In this document: positions 47,864 through 57,800 of the stretch, in pieces
Layout: the number at the start of each line of letters is the position of its first letter
Position numbering within the stretch: position 1 is the first letter of the stretch
Assembly (NCBI GenBank): GCA_046484665.1
Contig: JAWOIN010000160.1
Coordinates: 3,497-67,496, forward strand
DNA length: 64,000 bases
Source: Gemmatimonadota bacterium
Lineage (GTDB): Bacteria > Gemmatimonadota > Gemmatimonadetes > Palauibacterales > Palauibacteraceae
Direction: 5' to 3'
The notes under the pieces: model-generated
The model's input: the letters and a program-made list of their open reading frames with translations, nothing else
What the model was told of the DNA's origin: nothing
Databases searched by the model: none
Position numbers and translations under genes: made by a program

Positions 47864-49003
47864 ATGAACATTCACGAATACCAGGCGAAGCAGATCCTCC
47901 TTTCACACGGGATCCCGGTTCCTCCCGGCAGAGTGGCGACGACGCCCGAGGAGGCGGAGTCGATCGCGCGGGAGATCGGAGGCAGGGTCGTCGTCAAGGC
48001 GCAGGTGCACGCCGGCGGCCGCGGCAAGGCGGGCGGCGTGAAGCTGGCCGCGGACCCGGCCGACGCGAAGGCGAAGGCGGGAGCGATCCTCGGGATGTCG
48101 ATAAAGGGACTGACGGTCGAGAAGGTGCTCGTCACCCCGGCAGAGGAGATCGCGTCGGAGGCGTACGTCGGGATCGTGATGGACCGCGGCTCCCAGGGTT
48201 CCGTTCTGATGGTCTCGCCCGAGGGCGGCGTGGACATCGAAGAGGTCGCCGCGACCAAGCCCGAGGCGATCCACAAGCTGCGGATCGACCCGCGCTACGG
48301 GCTGCTCCCGCACCAGGCGATGGGCCTCGCGTGGGCCCTGTACGACGACGCGAAACTCGCCCGGCAGGCGGGGGAGATCATCCGGAAGCTCTACGAGGCC
48401 TACCAGTCGGCCGGCGCGACGCTGGTCGAGATCAACCCGCTGATCGTCACGCCCTCGGGAGAGGTGAAGGCGATCGACGCGAAGATGAACATCGACGACA
48501 ACGCGCTGTTCCGCCTTCCTGAGGTCGAGGCGATGCGGGACACGAGCGCCGAGCCGCCGTCCGAGACGAAGGCCCGGAACGCGGGACTCACCTACATCAA
48601 GCTCGATGGACGAGTCGGCTGCTGCGTGAACGGGGCGGGGCTGGCGATGGCCACGATGGACATGGTGAAGCACTACGGCGGTGAGCCCGCGAACTTCCTC
48701 GACATCGGCGGCTCGTCGAGCCCCGAGAAGGTCGTGACCGCGCTCGAGATCATGACGGCCGATTCGAACGTGAAGTCGATCCTGTTCAACATCTTCGGGG
48801 GAATCACCCGCTGCGACGACGTCGCGAACGGGATCGTCGAGGCGACGAGACGGATCGACATTGGCCTCCCGATCGCAATCCGGCTCACCGGGACGAACGA
48901 GGAGGAGGCGGTCGAGATCCTTCGTACGAACGGGTTCACGGCGATGACGGACATGGACGAGGCCGTGAAGCGGGCCGTCGCGCTCGCCGCGGCCGCCGCG
49001 TGA
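47864..49003 (+). CDS. sucC: Succinyl-CoA synthetase beta subunit
   Basis: The N-terminus [12 protein letters not shown] and an ATP-grasp domain. It also carries [18 protein letters not shown]. Confidence 0.95.
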   Translation: MNIHEYQAKQILLSHGIPVPPGRVATTPEEAESIAREIGGRVVVKAQVHAGGRGKAGGVKLAADPADAKAKAGAILGMSIKGLTVEKVLVTPAEEIASEAYVGIVMDRGSQGSVLMVSPEGGVDIEEVAATKPEAIHKLRIDPRYGLLPHQAMGLAWALYDDAKLARQAGEIIRKLYEAYQSAGATLVEINPLIVTPSGEVKAIDAKMNIDDNALFRLPEVEAMRDTSAEPPSETKARNAGLTYIKLDGRVGCCVNGAGLAMATMDMVKHYGGEPANFLDIGGSSSPEKVVTALEIMTADSNVKSILFNIFGGITRCDDVANGIVEATRRIDIGLPIAIRLTGTNEEEAVEILRTNGFTAMTDMDEAVKRAVALAAAAA

Positions 49004-49046
49004 GCGGCGGCCCGGGCGCGGACGACAGCAAGGGAGACCAGGCGGC

Positions 49047-49916
49047 ATGAGCATTTTCATAGACGGGACCACGCGGCTGGTGGTGCAGGGGATCACGGGG
49101 CGTGACGGCTCCTTCCACACCCGCCAGATGATGGACTACGGCACGCGGGTCGTGGCAGGCGTCACGCCGGGGAAGGGCGGACAGCGGTTCGAGGACGAGG
49201 TCCCCGTGTTCAACACCGTGGCGGAAGCGGTGAGGCAGGCCGGTGCGAACACGAGCGTGATCTACGTGCCCGCCGCCTTCGCGGCCGACGCCGTGCTGGA
49301 GTCGGCGGACGCCGGGATCGGGCTCATCGTCTGCATCAGCGAGGGCGTGCCGGTGCAGGACATGATGCGCGCCCTGCCGTACGTGCGGGAGAAGGGCGCG
49401 CGGCTGCTCGGCCCGAACTGCCCGGGACTGATCACCCCCGGCGCCTGCAAGGTCGGGATCCTGCCCGGCCAGATCGTGACGCCGGGGCCGGTGGGCGTCG
49501 TGAGCCGGTCGGGAACCCTCACCTACGAGGTGGTATACCAGCTCACGCGCGCCGGAATCGGCCAGACCACGTGCGTGGGCATCGGTGGCGACCCGCTGAT
49601 CGGCACGAACTTCGTGGACTGCCTCGAGGCGTTCGAGGCGGACCCGGACACGAAGGCCGTGTGCATGATCGGGGAGATCGGCGGCACGGACGAGCAGGTG
49701 GCCGCCGAGTACGTCCGCGACCGGATGTCGAAGCCCGTCGTCGGGTTCATCGCCGGGCGCACGGCGCCTCCGGGCCGCCGGATGGGGCACGCGGGAGCGA
49801 TCATCTCGGGTTCCGAGGGCACGGCCGCCGAGAAGATGAAGGCCTTCCGCGACTGCGGAATCGCCGTCGCCGAGCTGCCGGCGGACTTCGTGAAGCTCGT
49901 GCGCGAGCGGCTCTGA
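49047..49916 (+). CDS. sucD: Succinyl-CoA synthetase alpha subunit
   Basis: It carries [13 protein letters not shown] and the phosphohistidine loop (SGSEGTA near [10 protein letters not shown]). Confidence 0.95.
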   Translation: MSIFIDGTTRLVVQGITGRDGSFHTRQMMDYGTRVVAGVTPGKGGQRFEDEVPVFNTVAEAVRQAGANTSVIYVPAAFAADAVLESADAGIGLIVCISEGVPVQDMMRALPYVREKGARLLGPNCPGLITPGACKVGILPGQIVTPGPVGVVSRSGTLTYEVVYQLTRAGIGQTTCVGIGGDPLIGTNFVDCLEAFEADPDTKAVCMIGEIGGTDEQVAAEYVRDRMSKPVVGFIAGRTAPPGRRMGHAGAIISGSEGTAAEKMKAFRDCGIAVAELPADFVKLVRERL

Positions 49917-49945
49917 GCCGAACCGCGCGAGGGAACAGGAGACGC

Positions 49946-50365
49946 ATGAGCCAGACCCTGACGCTCGCCATCCTCAAGCCGGACGCGTTCGGGAGCGGGA
50001 AGACGGGAAAGATCCTCGCCCATCTCGAGGAGAGGGGGTTCCGGCCGGTCGCGGCGCGAGTGCTCCGGCTGCGGCGCGAGCAGGCCGAGGCCTTCTACGC
50101 GGTACACAGGGAGCGGCCGTTCTTTCCGTCGCTGGTCGCGTTCATGACCTCGGGACCGTGCATGCCCGTGGTCCTGGAGCGCGCGGACGCGGTCGCCGCC
50201 CTGCGCGAGTCGATCGGGGCGACGGACCCGGCCGAGGCGGCCCCGGGCACGGTCCGGGCCCTGTTCGCGGAGAGCAAGGAGCGGAACGCGATCCACGCCT
50301 CGGATTCGCCCGAGACCGCCGGGGCCGAGATCGCCTTCTTCTTCGCCGGGGCGGACCTGCTCTGA
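49946..50365 (+). CDS. ndk: Nucleoside diphosphate kinase
   Basis: The N-terminus MSQTLTLAILKPDAF and NAIHASDS (the catalytic His). 139 aa. Confidence 0.9.
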   Translation: MSQTLTLAILKPDAFGSGKTGKILAHLEERGFRPVAARVLRLRREQAEAFYAVHRERPFFPSLVAFMTSGPCMPVVLERADAVAALRESIGATDPAEAAPGTVRALFAESKERNAIHASDSPETAGAEIAFFFAGADLL

Positions 50366-50437
50366 CGCGCGCGACCGGCTCCGGGGAAGCCCTTGCCGGG
50401 CGGGAGCGTTCGATTGACAGACGGTGATGGAAGGGCT

Positions 50438-51004
50438 ATGAATTATGGTTTCCCGGTGGGCGTTCTCGCCCTCGACCGCATCGAGAAGGGAGCGGTCGAG
50501 TGGTCGGGGCGCCTCCAGGCCGACGGGGCGGTGTGGGACCTCGGCGGGCTCGAGCTGCTGGATGCCCCGCGGATCTCGATCCGGGCGGAGCCGGCGGGCG
50601 AAGGCGGGGTCCGCCTCACCGGACGGCTCGAGGCTACGGTCCGGCTGGAGTGCCGGCGCTGTCTCGCGGAGATCCGGCACCGGACGGATCTGCGGCTCGA
50701 CCTCCGGTTCGAGCCGCAGATCGGGCGCTGGGAGGAGAGCGAAGGCGTCTACGCGCTCGACCCGAAGGAGGCGGAGCTGGACCCGCTTCCCGCGCTGCGC
50801 GAGGAGCTGCTGCTCGCGTTGCCGGCGTTCCCTCTCTGTCGGGCTGACTGCCCCGGGCTGTGCCCGAGCTGCGGGAAGGAGTTGGCGAGCGGAGACTGCG
50901 GGTGCCGCGATGTCGGCGGCGACCCGCGCTGGGATGCGCTCAGGAGTCGGTTCCCGGGGGAACCCGTGCAGGGTCAGAACGGGCGCGGGTCGGACGACGG
51001 ATAG
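50438..51004 (+). CDS. DUF177 (YceD) family protein
   Basis: A C-terminal Cys pair (CPGLCPSCGKELASGDCGC) and its position immediately upstream of rpmF match the YceD family. Confidence 0.7.
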   Translation: MNYGFPVGVLALDRIEKGAVEWSGRLQADGAVWDLGGLELLDAPRISIRAEPAGEGGVRLTGRLEATVRLECRRCLAEIRHRTDLRLDLRFEPQIGRWEESEGVYALDPKEAELDPLPALREELLLALPAFPLCRADCPGLCPSCGKELASGDCGCRDVGGDPRWDALRSRFPGEPVQGQNGRGSDDG

Positions 51005-51015
51005 AGGATGGAGAC

Positions 51016-51198
51016 ATGGCCGTACCGAAGAGAAGGACCTCTAAGCAGCGGAAGCGGAAGCGCCGCGGTCACGACGTGGCGCAGACGGTCGCGCACCAGG
51101 CCTGCCCGCGGTGCGGCGACCCGCGTCGCCCGCACCGCGTCTGCCCGAACTGCGGGCACTACGGCGACCGTGAGGTCGTCCGCGTCGAGGAGTTCTGA
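51016..51198 (+). CDS. rpmF: 50S ribosomal protein L32
   Basis: It begins MAVPKRRTSKQRKRKRRGHD and carries a Cys4 motif. 60 aa. Confidence 0.92.
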   Translation: MAVPKRRTSKQRKRKRRGHDVAQTVAHQACPRCGDPRRPHRVCPNCGHYGDREVVRVEEF

Positions 51199-51348
51199 CG
51201 GGGGCCCGGTTCGCGCCGGGTCCGCCTCCGTCCGATCGTCGGCGCCGCTCCCCGATACCGCAGGCCCCGGACTCCCCCGGGAGAACGGGGCCGGAGTGTT
51301 TCTGTCGCTCGGCCCCGCGCGACGGGCCGGCAGCCCTCCGATGAGACG

Positions 51349-52293
51349 GTGATGAGGCCGATCGCCCTCATGATGCCGGGGCAGGGATCTCAGTTCGTGG
51401 GAATGGGCCGGGAGCTCGCCGAGGCGGCGAGCGCGGCCCGCGAGCTCTACGAGCGGGCCGACGACGTGCTGGACTTGCCGATCTCGCGGATCTCCTGGGA
51501 GGGTCCCGACGAGGAGCTGACTCGCACCGAGAATGCGCAGCCCGCGATCCTGCTGCACTCGTTCGCGGCGTGGACGGTCCTGTCGCCGGAGGTGCGTGGC
51601 GCGGTCCTGGTCGGAGCCGGCCACTCCCTGGGGGAGTTCACGGCCTACCTCGCGGCCGGCGCGCTGGGCTTCGACGACGCGCTCCGCCTCGTGCGCCGTC
51701 GCGGGGAGCTGATGGCGCGGTCGGGCGACGAGCGGCCGGGCACGATGGCGGCGATCCTCGGCATGGACCCCGATCCCCTGAGGGAGCTCTGCGAGGCCTG
51801 CTCCACTCGGGACTCGGTCGTGGTGCCGGCCAACTACAACGCGCCGGGCCAGATAGTGGTCAGCGGTGACGTCGCGGCAGTGGAGCGCGCCTGCGAGGCG
51901 GCGCCCGGGGCCGGGGCCCGGAAGGCGATCCCCCTCAACGTGAGCGGCGCCTTCCATTCGCCGCTGATGGAGACGGCCCGGGACGGTCTCGCGGCGGCGC
52001 TGGCCGGGGTGCGGGTCGGCGACGCGGACTTTCCCGTGATCTCGAACGCGAGCGCGCGCCCCGTGGTGGTGGTGGCCGACGCGCGGGAAGGCCTCGTCCG
52101 GCAGTTGACCTCCCCCGTGCGCTGGGTAGAATCGGTGTCGGCGATGCGCGAGCGGAAGCCGGCGGCATGGCTCGAGCTGGGGCCGGGCAAGGTCCTGTGC
52201 GGGCTCCTGAAGCGGATCGACCGGAACCAGGTGGGGCTCGCGGCCGGCGAGCCAGCGGAGATCGAACGTCTGCTGGAGACTCTTCATGCCTGA
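51349..52293 (+). CDS. fabD: Malonyl-CoA:ACP transacylase
   Basis: It carries MMPGQGSQFVGMG and GHSLGEF (the active-site Ser). Confidence 0.93.
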   Translation: MMRPIALMMPGQGSQFVGMGRELAEAASAARELYERADDVLDLPISRISWEGPDEELTRTENAQPAILLHSFAAWTVLSPEVRGAVLVGAGHSLGEFTAYLAAGALGFDDALRLVRRRGELMARSGDERPGTMAAILGMDPDPLRELCEACSTRDSVVVPANYNAPGQIVVSGDVAAVERACEAAPGAGARKAIPLNVSGAFHSPLMETARDGLAAALAGVRVGDADFPVISNASARPVVVVADAREGLVRQLTSPVRWVESVSAMRERKPAAWLELGPGKVLCGLLKRIDRNQVGLAAGEPAEIERLLETLHA

Positions 52294-53026
52294 GCTCGAC
52301 GGAGTCGTCGCCATCGTCACCGGCGCCTCGCGCGGAATCGGCTTCGCGATCGCCGGCTCCCTGGCGGAAGGAGGCGCCCGCGTGGCATGCGTGGCGCGGG
52401 ACCTCGAGCGGGCTCGCGGCGCGGCCTCGCAGGTGGGAGGCGCAGCCAGCGGATTCGCCTGCGACGTCGTCGACCCCGACGCCTGCGCGGCGCTGGTGGG
52501 GGCGGTGGAGGAGGCGCTGGGGCCGGTCGGGATCCTCGTGAACAACGCCGGTGTCACGCGCGACAACCTGCTGGTCCGACTGCGGGACGAGGACTGGGAC
52601 GTGGTGCTCGACACGAACCTGCGCGGCGCCTTCCACATGACGCGGGCTGCGGCGCGCGGGATGATGAAGCGCCGGGCCGGCCGCATCGTGAATATCGCCA
52701 GCGTGGTAGGCTTGACGGGGAACCGGGGTCAGGCGAACTATGCGGCGTCCAAGGCGGGTCTGGTGGGCTTCTCCAAGTCCGTGGCGCAGGAGCTGGCGTC
52801 CCGGAACGTGCTCGTGAACGTCGTGGCACCCGGCTTCATCGAGACGGACATGACGTCCGGGCTCGGAGCCGAGGCCCGCGAGGCCCTGACCGAGCGGATT
52901 CCGCTCGGTCGGATAGGCACGCCGGAGGACGTCGCCGCGGTCGTCCGGTTCCTCACCGGTCCGGGGGCGGCCTACATCACGGGACAGGTGATCGTCGTGG
53001 ACGGTGGGATGGTCATGCAGGGCTGA
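52286..53026 (+). CDS. fabG: 3-oxoacyl-ACP reductase
   Basis: It carries the SDR motifs [12 protein letters not shown] and YAASKAG. Confidence 0.93.
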   Translation: MPELDGVVAIVTGASRGIGFAIAGSLAEGGARVACVARDLERARGAASQVGGAASGFACDVVDPDACAALVGAVEEALGPVGILVNNAGVTRDNLLVRLRDEDWDVVLDTNLRGAFHMTRAAARGMMKRRAGRIVNIASVVGLTGNRGQANYAASKAGLVGFSKSVAQELASRNVLVNVVAPGFIETDMTSGLGAEAREALTERIPLGRIGTPEDVAAVVRFLTGPGAAYITGQVIVVDGGMVMQG

Positions 53027-53103
53027 CGGTCCCCCCGGGGGCCGGAACGGGGCCGGCGCACGTGGGCGCGCCCCGCGAACCCAGAACGCGAGAGGGAATC
53101 GAG

Positions 53104-53340
53104 ATGGCGGATACGGCGGCGAAGGTCAGGGAGATCATCGCGAACGAGCTCGGCGTGGAGATCGAGAAGGTCACCGATGACGCCTCGTTCGTGGAGGATC
53201 TCGGCGCCGACTCGCTGGACACCGTGGAGCTGGTGATGGCGTTCGAGGAGGAGTTCTCGATCGAGATTCCGGACGAAGATGCCGAGAAGATGCAGAGCGT
53301 CGGCGACGCGATCCGCTACCTCCAGGAGAAGCAGGGCTGA
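53104..53340 (+). CDS. acpP: Acyl carrier protein
   Basis: 78 aa. It carries [13 protein letters not shown], the phosphopantetheine-attachment Ser. Confidence 0.93.
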   Translation: MADTAAKVREIIANELGVEIEKVTDDASFVEDLGADSLDTVELVMAFEEEFSIEIPDEDAEKMQSVGDAIRYLQEKQG

Positions 53341-53367
53341 CCTGCCGGTGCACCGGAAGCGTCTGAC

Positions 53368-54624
53368 ATGAACGAACGCACCCGTGTGGTCGTGACCGGC
53401 CTCGGGCTGGTCACGCCGGTCGGCCTTGACGTCGAGCAGACCTGGGACGCCCTGCTGGCGGGACAGAGCGGGGCGGCTACGATCACCCGGTTCGACCCGG
53501 TCGATCAGCCGGTCCGGTTCGCCTGCGAGGTGAAGGGGTTCGACCCGGAGCGGTGGATGGACCGGAAGGAGGCGCGGCGCGCCGACCGGTTCCTCCAGTT
53601 CGCGATGGCGACGGCCGGCCAGGCGGCGACGCAGGCCGACCTAGAGGGGATCCTCCGCGCGACGCCCCCGGAGCGGGTCGGCGTGATCGTCGGCAGCGGG
53701 ATCGGGGGCCTGGCCACGCTCGAGCAGCAGCACGCCCGCATGCTCGAGAACGGCCCGGGCCGGGTGTCGCCGTTCTTCATCCCGATGTTCATCGGCGACA
53801 TGGCCGCGGGCATGATCTCGATGCGCTACGGTGCGCAGGGCCCGAACTTCGCCACCGTGTCCGCCTGCGCCTCCAGCGCGCACGCGGTCGGCTCCGCCTT
53901 CCGGGCGATCCGCTGCGGGGAGGCGGACGTGATGGTCGCGGGTGGCACGGAGGCGACAGTCACGCCGCTGTGCATGGCGGGGTTCGCCTCCATGAAGGCG
54001 CTGTCCGAGCGGAACGACTCTCCTGCGACGGCGTCCCGGCCGTTCGATGCCGGCCGGGACGGTTTCGTGCTGGGCGAGGGCTCGGGAATGGTCGTGCTCG
54101 AGTCTCTCGAGCACGCGCGGGCCCGGGGGGCCGCCATCCTTGGCGAGCTCGCGGGGTACGGCCAGAGCGCCGACGCGCACCACATGACGGCGCCCTCGCC
54201 CGAGGGGGCGGGCGCCCAGATCGCGATGCGGGCCGCGCTCCGCGACGCCGACCTCGCGCCGGAGGACGTACAGTACGTGAACGCCCACGGCACATCGACC
54301 CCGGCGAACGACGCCACGGAGACGACGGCCCTCAAGGCCGTGTTCGGGGAGCACGCCCGCGAGCTGGCGGTGGGCTCCACGAAGTCGATGACGGGCCACA
54401 CGCTCGGAGCGGCGGGGGCGATCGAGACCGTGATCACGCTTCTCGTCTGCGCCCGGGGGGAGATCCCGTCCACGATCAATTACGAGGTGCCGGACCCGGA
54501 GTGCGATCTCGACTACGTGGTCGACGGCCCGGTGTCCCGCGAGGTCCGCGCAGCGATCAGCAACTCGTTCGGGTTCGGGGGACACAACGTGTGCCTCGCC
54601 CTGCGCCGGTGGGACGGCGACTGA
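53368..54624 (+). CDS. fabF: 3-oxoacyl-ACP synthase II
   Basis: It carries VVVTGLGLVTP, the active-site Cys in ACASSAHA, and a HGTST...GHTLGAAG triad. Confidence 0.93.
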   Translation: MNERTRVVVTGLGLVTPVGLDVEQTWDALLAGQSGAATITRFDPVDQPVRFACEVKGFDPERWMDRKEARRADRFLQFAMATAGQAATQADLEGILRATPPERVGVIVGSGIGGLATLEQQHARMLENGPGRVSPFFIPMFIGDMAAGMISMRYGAQGPNFATVSACASSAHAVGSAFRAIRCGEADVMVAGGTEATVTPLCMAGFASMKALSERNDSPATASRPFDAGRDGFVLGEGSGMVVLESLEHARARGAAILGELAGYGQSADAHHMTAPSPEGAGAQIAMRAALRDADLAPEDVQYVNAHGTSTPANDATETTALKAVFGEHARELAVGSTKSMTGHTLGAAGAIETVITLLVCARGEIPSTINYEVPDPECDLDYVVDGPVSREVRAAISNSFGFGGHNVCLALRRWDGD

Positions 54625-54647
54625 GACGAGGCCGGGGAGCGGAGAAC

Positions 54648-55055
54648 GTGGCCAGGGTGCTGATGCTGATGGGCTCCGAGTCGGACCGGCCCGCGATGGA
54701 GAAGGGGGCGGAGGTCCTCCGCGACGCGGGCGTCGAGCTGGACATCTTCGTGAGCAGTGCGCACCGGGACCCGGTCCGGACGGCGGAGCTCGCGTCGGGG
54801 GCCCGCGAGGCCGGATACGGCGTTGTGATCTGCGGAGCGGGCCTGTCGGCCGCGCTCCCGGGCGTCGTGGCCGCCCACACCGACCTGCCGGTGATCGGGG
54901 TTCCGATCTCGGCGGGAACGCTCGGGGGGCTCGACGCCCTGCTGTCGATCGCGCAGATGCCGCCGGGCGTGCCCGTGGCGGCGGTCGGGATCGACAACGC
55001 GCGGAACGCGGCGCACCTCGCGCTGCGGATTCTCGGAACCCGCTCCGGCGCCTGA
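54648..55055 (+). CDS. purE: N5-carboxyaminoimidazole ribonucleotide mutase
   Basis: It carries MGSESD and AHRDP. The start is GTG at 54648. About 135 aa. Confidence 0.85.
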   Translation: MARVLMLMGSESDRPAMEKGAEVLRDAGVELDIFVSSAHRDPVRTAELASGAREAGYGVVICGAGLSAALPGVVAAHTDLPVIGVPISAGTLGGLDALLSIAQMPPGVPVAAVGIDNARNAAHLALRILGTRSGA

Positions 55056-55077
55056 CGTCGGGCGCGCGGAGGCCGCC

Positions 55078-55593
55078 GTGCGCGTAGGGATCGGTTACGA
55101 TTCCCACCGGTTCGATCCGGGTCGGCCGCTCGTGCTCGGAGGTGTCGGGATTCCCGGCGCCCCGGGCCTCGCGGGCCATTCGGACGGCGATGCCGTGACG
55201 CACGCCTTGATCGACGCCCTGCTCGGCGCCGCCGGCCTCGGCAGCATAGGAGACCGGTTTCCGGACACCTCCCCCGAGTGGAAGGGCGCCCGCTCGCTCG
55301 ACCTCCTCGAGCAAACCATGCGCCTGGTGGAAGAGCGGAACTACCAGGTCGTGAACGTCGACCTCACGGTCATCACGGAGCGTCCCAGGATCGCCGGCCA
55401 CGCGGCGGCGATGGCCGAGGCCCTCGCCTCGTACCTGCGCATCGGTCCCGGCTCCGTCTCGGTCAAGGGGAAGACGAACGAAGGAATGGGCTGGATCGGC
55501 CGGGCGGAGGGTCTGGCGGTGATCGCCGTCGCGCTCCTCGACCAGATCGGCGACATCGACGCGCTTCACGCGAGCATCCGCGCGGGCGGCTGA
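55078..55593 (+). CDS. ispF: 2-C-methyl-D-erythritol 2,4-cyclodiphosphate synthase
   Basis: It carries RVGIGYDSHRF and GHSDGDAV. Confidence 0.9.
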   Translation: MRVGIGYDSHRFDPGRPLVLGGVGIPGAPGLAGHSDGDAVTHALIDALLGAAGLGSIGDRFPDTSPEWKGARSLDLLEQTMRLVEERNYQVVNVDLTVITERPRIAGHAAAMAEALASYLRIGPGSVSVKGKTNEGMGWIGRAEGLAVIAVALLDQIGDIDALHASIRAGG

Positions 55594-55599
55594 GCTCGC

Positions 55600-56232
55600 A
55601 TGCGCGAGCAGATCGACGCGCTCCTCGGCCTGGTCTCCCACGTCCCCGTGGAGACGATGTACCTGCTCGTCGGGGCGGGAGCCGCGATCGAGAACCTGTT
55701 TCCCCCGGTCCCCTCCGACATGGTCGTCGTCGCCGGTGCGGTCCTCGCAGACCGGGGCTTTCTCGACGGCCGGCTTGTCTTCCTCGTCGCCTGGGCCAGC
55801 AACCTCGTCCTCGCCCTCGGGGTCTACTTCGCGGCCCGCCGGTTCGGGAAGGGCCTGTTCGAGACACGCTGGGGCCGCTGGCTGCTCCGCCCGGCGCAGC
55901 TGCGGCGGATGTCGGTGTTCTACGAGGAGTACGGCACGCTCACGATCCTGGTCAGTCGCTTCTTCCCGGTGTTCCGGGTCCTCGTCCCGGCGTTCGCGGG
56001 AATCAGCCGGCTCGGCTTCTGGCGCACCTCGATACCGCTCGCGCTCGCGTCCGCGGCCTGGTACGGCGTGCTCGTCGCGGCCGGCGTGATCTTCTCGCGC
56101 AACCTCGATCGCCTGCTCGGGATGCTGGGCGCCGTGAACACGACGGTGGGCGCGGTGGCCGCCCTCGCCGCGATCCTGCTCGCCCTCCTCTGGTGGCGGA
56201 CCCGGCACGGGGATGAGGAGGACGAGGTGTGA
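55600..56232 (+). CDS. DedA family membrane protein
   Basis: Multi-TM protein carrying the DedA signature pattern (ENLFPPVPSD, VSRFFP). Confidence 0.75.
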   Translation: MREQIDALLGLVSHVPVETMYLLVGAGAAIENLFPPVPSDMVVVAGAVLADRGFLDGRLVFLVAWASNLVLALGVYFAARRFGKGLFETRWGRWLLRPAQLRRMSVFYEEYGTLTILVSRFFPVFRVLVPAFAGISRLGFWRTSIPLALASAAWYGVLVAAGVIFSRNLDRLLGMLGAVNTTVGAVAALAAILLALLWWRTRHGDEEDEV

Positions 56233-57257
56233 GACGGGCCGGCAGGGGGGGCGAGGCGGGCGATCGGGACGGCGAGGACCTCGAGGAGAGGCGGCTCGCC
56301 CCTTTCCTGCTCGAGCCGTTCGCGGACTTCCTCCGCTTCGAGCGGAACCTCTCGGAGCGGACGGTGGATGCGTATCTCAGGGACTGCCGCGGTCTCGTGC
56401 GGTTCGCGGCAGCGCGGGGACACGCGTCTCCCGGCACGCTCGACTACGCCCTGCTCCGCGCCTGGATGGACGCGCTCGCGGCGCGGGGCCTGGCCGCGTC
56501 GTCGGCGGCGCGGGCGCGCTCGGCCGCGCGCACATACTTCGCCTGGCTCGTCGACGACGGAACGCTCGCCGAGGACCCGACGGAGCGGCTGGAGGCCCCG
56601 CGGCGCGGCCGAGCGCTCCCCGGCGTGCTCTCGTACGCCCAGGTCGCCTGCATTCTCGACGTCGCCTGGAAGCAGGCCGCGGAGGCGGAACTGGCGACGG
56701 ATTCGTTGCCCCGGCAGAGGGCGGCAGCGGTCCGGGACGCGACGATGCTCGAGGTCCTGTACGGGGCGGGGCTCCGGATCTCCGAGCTCACGGCGCTGCG
56801 GACCCGGGAGCTGCTGCTCGACGAGGGCCTGATCACGGTCCGGGGAAAGGGGAGCAGGACCCGGATCGTCCCGCTGGGGGGACGTGCGGCCGGGGCCATC
56901 CGCGACTACGTGGAGAAGTGGCGACCGGGGCTTTGTCCGAGGGCCGGGGCATCCGGAACCCTCTTCCTCAATCAGCGGGGCCGCGGGCTGAGCCGGACGG
57001 GGGCGTGGGGCATCGTGAAGCGGGTCGTGAGGGACTCCGCGTGCGAGTTCGAGGAGCGCGGGATCGACTTCCCCCGGCGGGTGACGCCGCATACGTTCCG
57101 GCACAGCTTCGCCACGCACCTCCTCGAAGGGGGCGCGGACCTGGTCGCCGTTCAGGAGATGCTCGGACACGCCGACATCGCGACGACGCAGATCTACACG
57201 CACGTGGATCGGACGTATCTCCAGCAGGAGCACCGGAGGTACCATCCCAGGGCGTGA
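56229..57257 (+). CDS. xerC: Tyrosine recombinase XerC/XerD family
   Basis: The core-binding N-domain (FERNLSERTVDAYLRD) is followed by a catalytic domain with RHSFATHLL and LGHADIATTQIYTHV (catalytic Tyr). The GTG start overlaps the dedA stop. Confidence 0.88.
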   Translation: MRRAGRGGEAGDRDGEDLEERRLAPFLLEPFADFLRFERNLSERTVDAYLRDCRGLVRFAAARGHASPGTLDYALLRAWMDALAARGLAASSAARARSAARTYFAWLVDDGTLAEDPTERLEAPRRGRALPGVLSYAQVACILDVAWKQAAEAELATDSLPRQRAAAVRDATMLEVLYGAGLRISELTALRTRELLLDEGLITVRGKGSRTRIVPLGGRAAGAIRDYVEKWRPGLCPRAGASGTLFLNQRGRGLSRTGAWGIVKRVVRDSACEFEERGIDFPRRVTPHTFRHSFATHLLEGGADLVAVQEMLGHADIATTQIYTHVDRTYLQQEHRRYHPRA

Positions 57258-57263
57258 GCCATC

Positions 57264-57800
57264 GTGAGTCACATCTCCCGCGTCTACAGTCTCGCCCGGA
57301 ACCGGCAGCCGGTGCAGCGCTTCGCCGATCGACCGGTTCCCGGGGAGCTCCTCGCGCGGATTCTCGACTGCGGGCGCTACGCCCCTTCGGCGGGGGAGGA
57401 CCAGCCGTGGCGGTTCGTGGTAGTCCGGGACCCGCTCACGCGCCATCGGCTGGCGGAGGCGGCGTTCAACAGCGAGCTCGTCCGTTCGGCCCCGGTGCTC
57501 GTCGCCGGTTGCGCGCGCAGCCACACCCGGATCAGCGGACACGGGAGGCACGCGCACCCTGTGGACCTGGCGGCCGCGACGCAGAGCATGGCGCTCGCGG
57601 CCGCCGACCTCGGCCTCCAGGCGTCGTGGATACCCGGGTTCCGGGAGCCGCTCGTCCGCGAGCTGCTGGCGATCCCCACGGACGTGCCGGTGATCTCCCT
57701 GCTGGCGATCGGATACCCGGAGGGCTTCGCTCGCCTGCCGGAGCGGCGTCCCGAGGCCGAGGTGGTCGCTTGGGAGAGCTGGGAGGGGGGGGCGGCGTGA
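57264..57800 (+). CDS. Nitroreductase family protein
   Basis: It carries RYAPSAGEDQPWRFVVV. The size, 178 aa, is typical. Confidence 0.75.
   Translation: MSHISRVYSLARNRQPVQRFADRPVPGELLARILDCGRYAPSAGEDQPWRFVVVRDPLTRHRLAEAAFNSELVRSAPVLVAGCARSHTRISGHGRHAHPVDLAAATQSMALAAADLGLQASWIPGFREPLVRELLAIPTDVPVISLLAIGYPEGFARLPERRPEAEVVAWESWEGGAA

Noticed and set aside
56229-57257. XerC/D recombinase as a marker of an integrated mobile element
   Set aside because: It is a single chromosomal-type Xer recombinase translationally coupled to dedA. No att-like repeats, phage genes or GC discontinuity flank it. It is most likely the housekeeping dimer-resolution enzyme.
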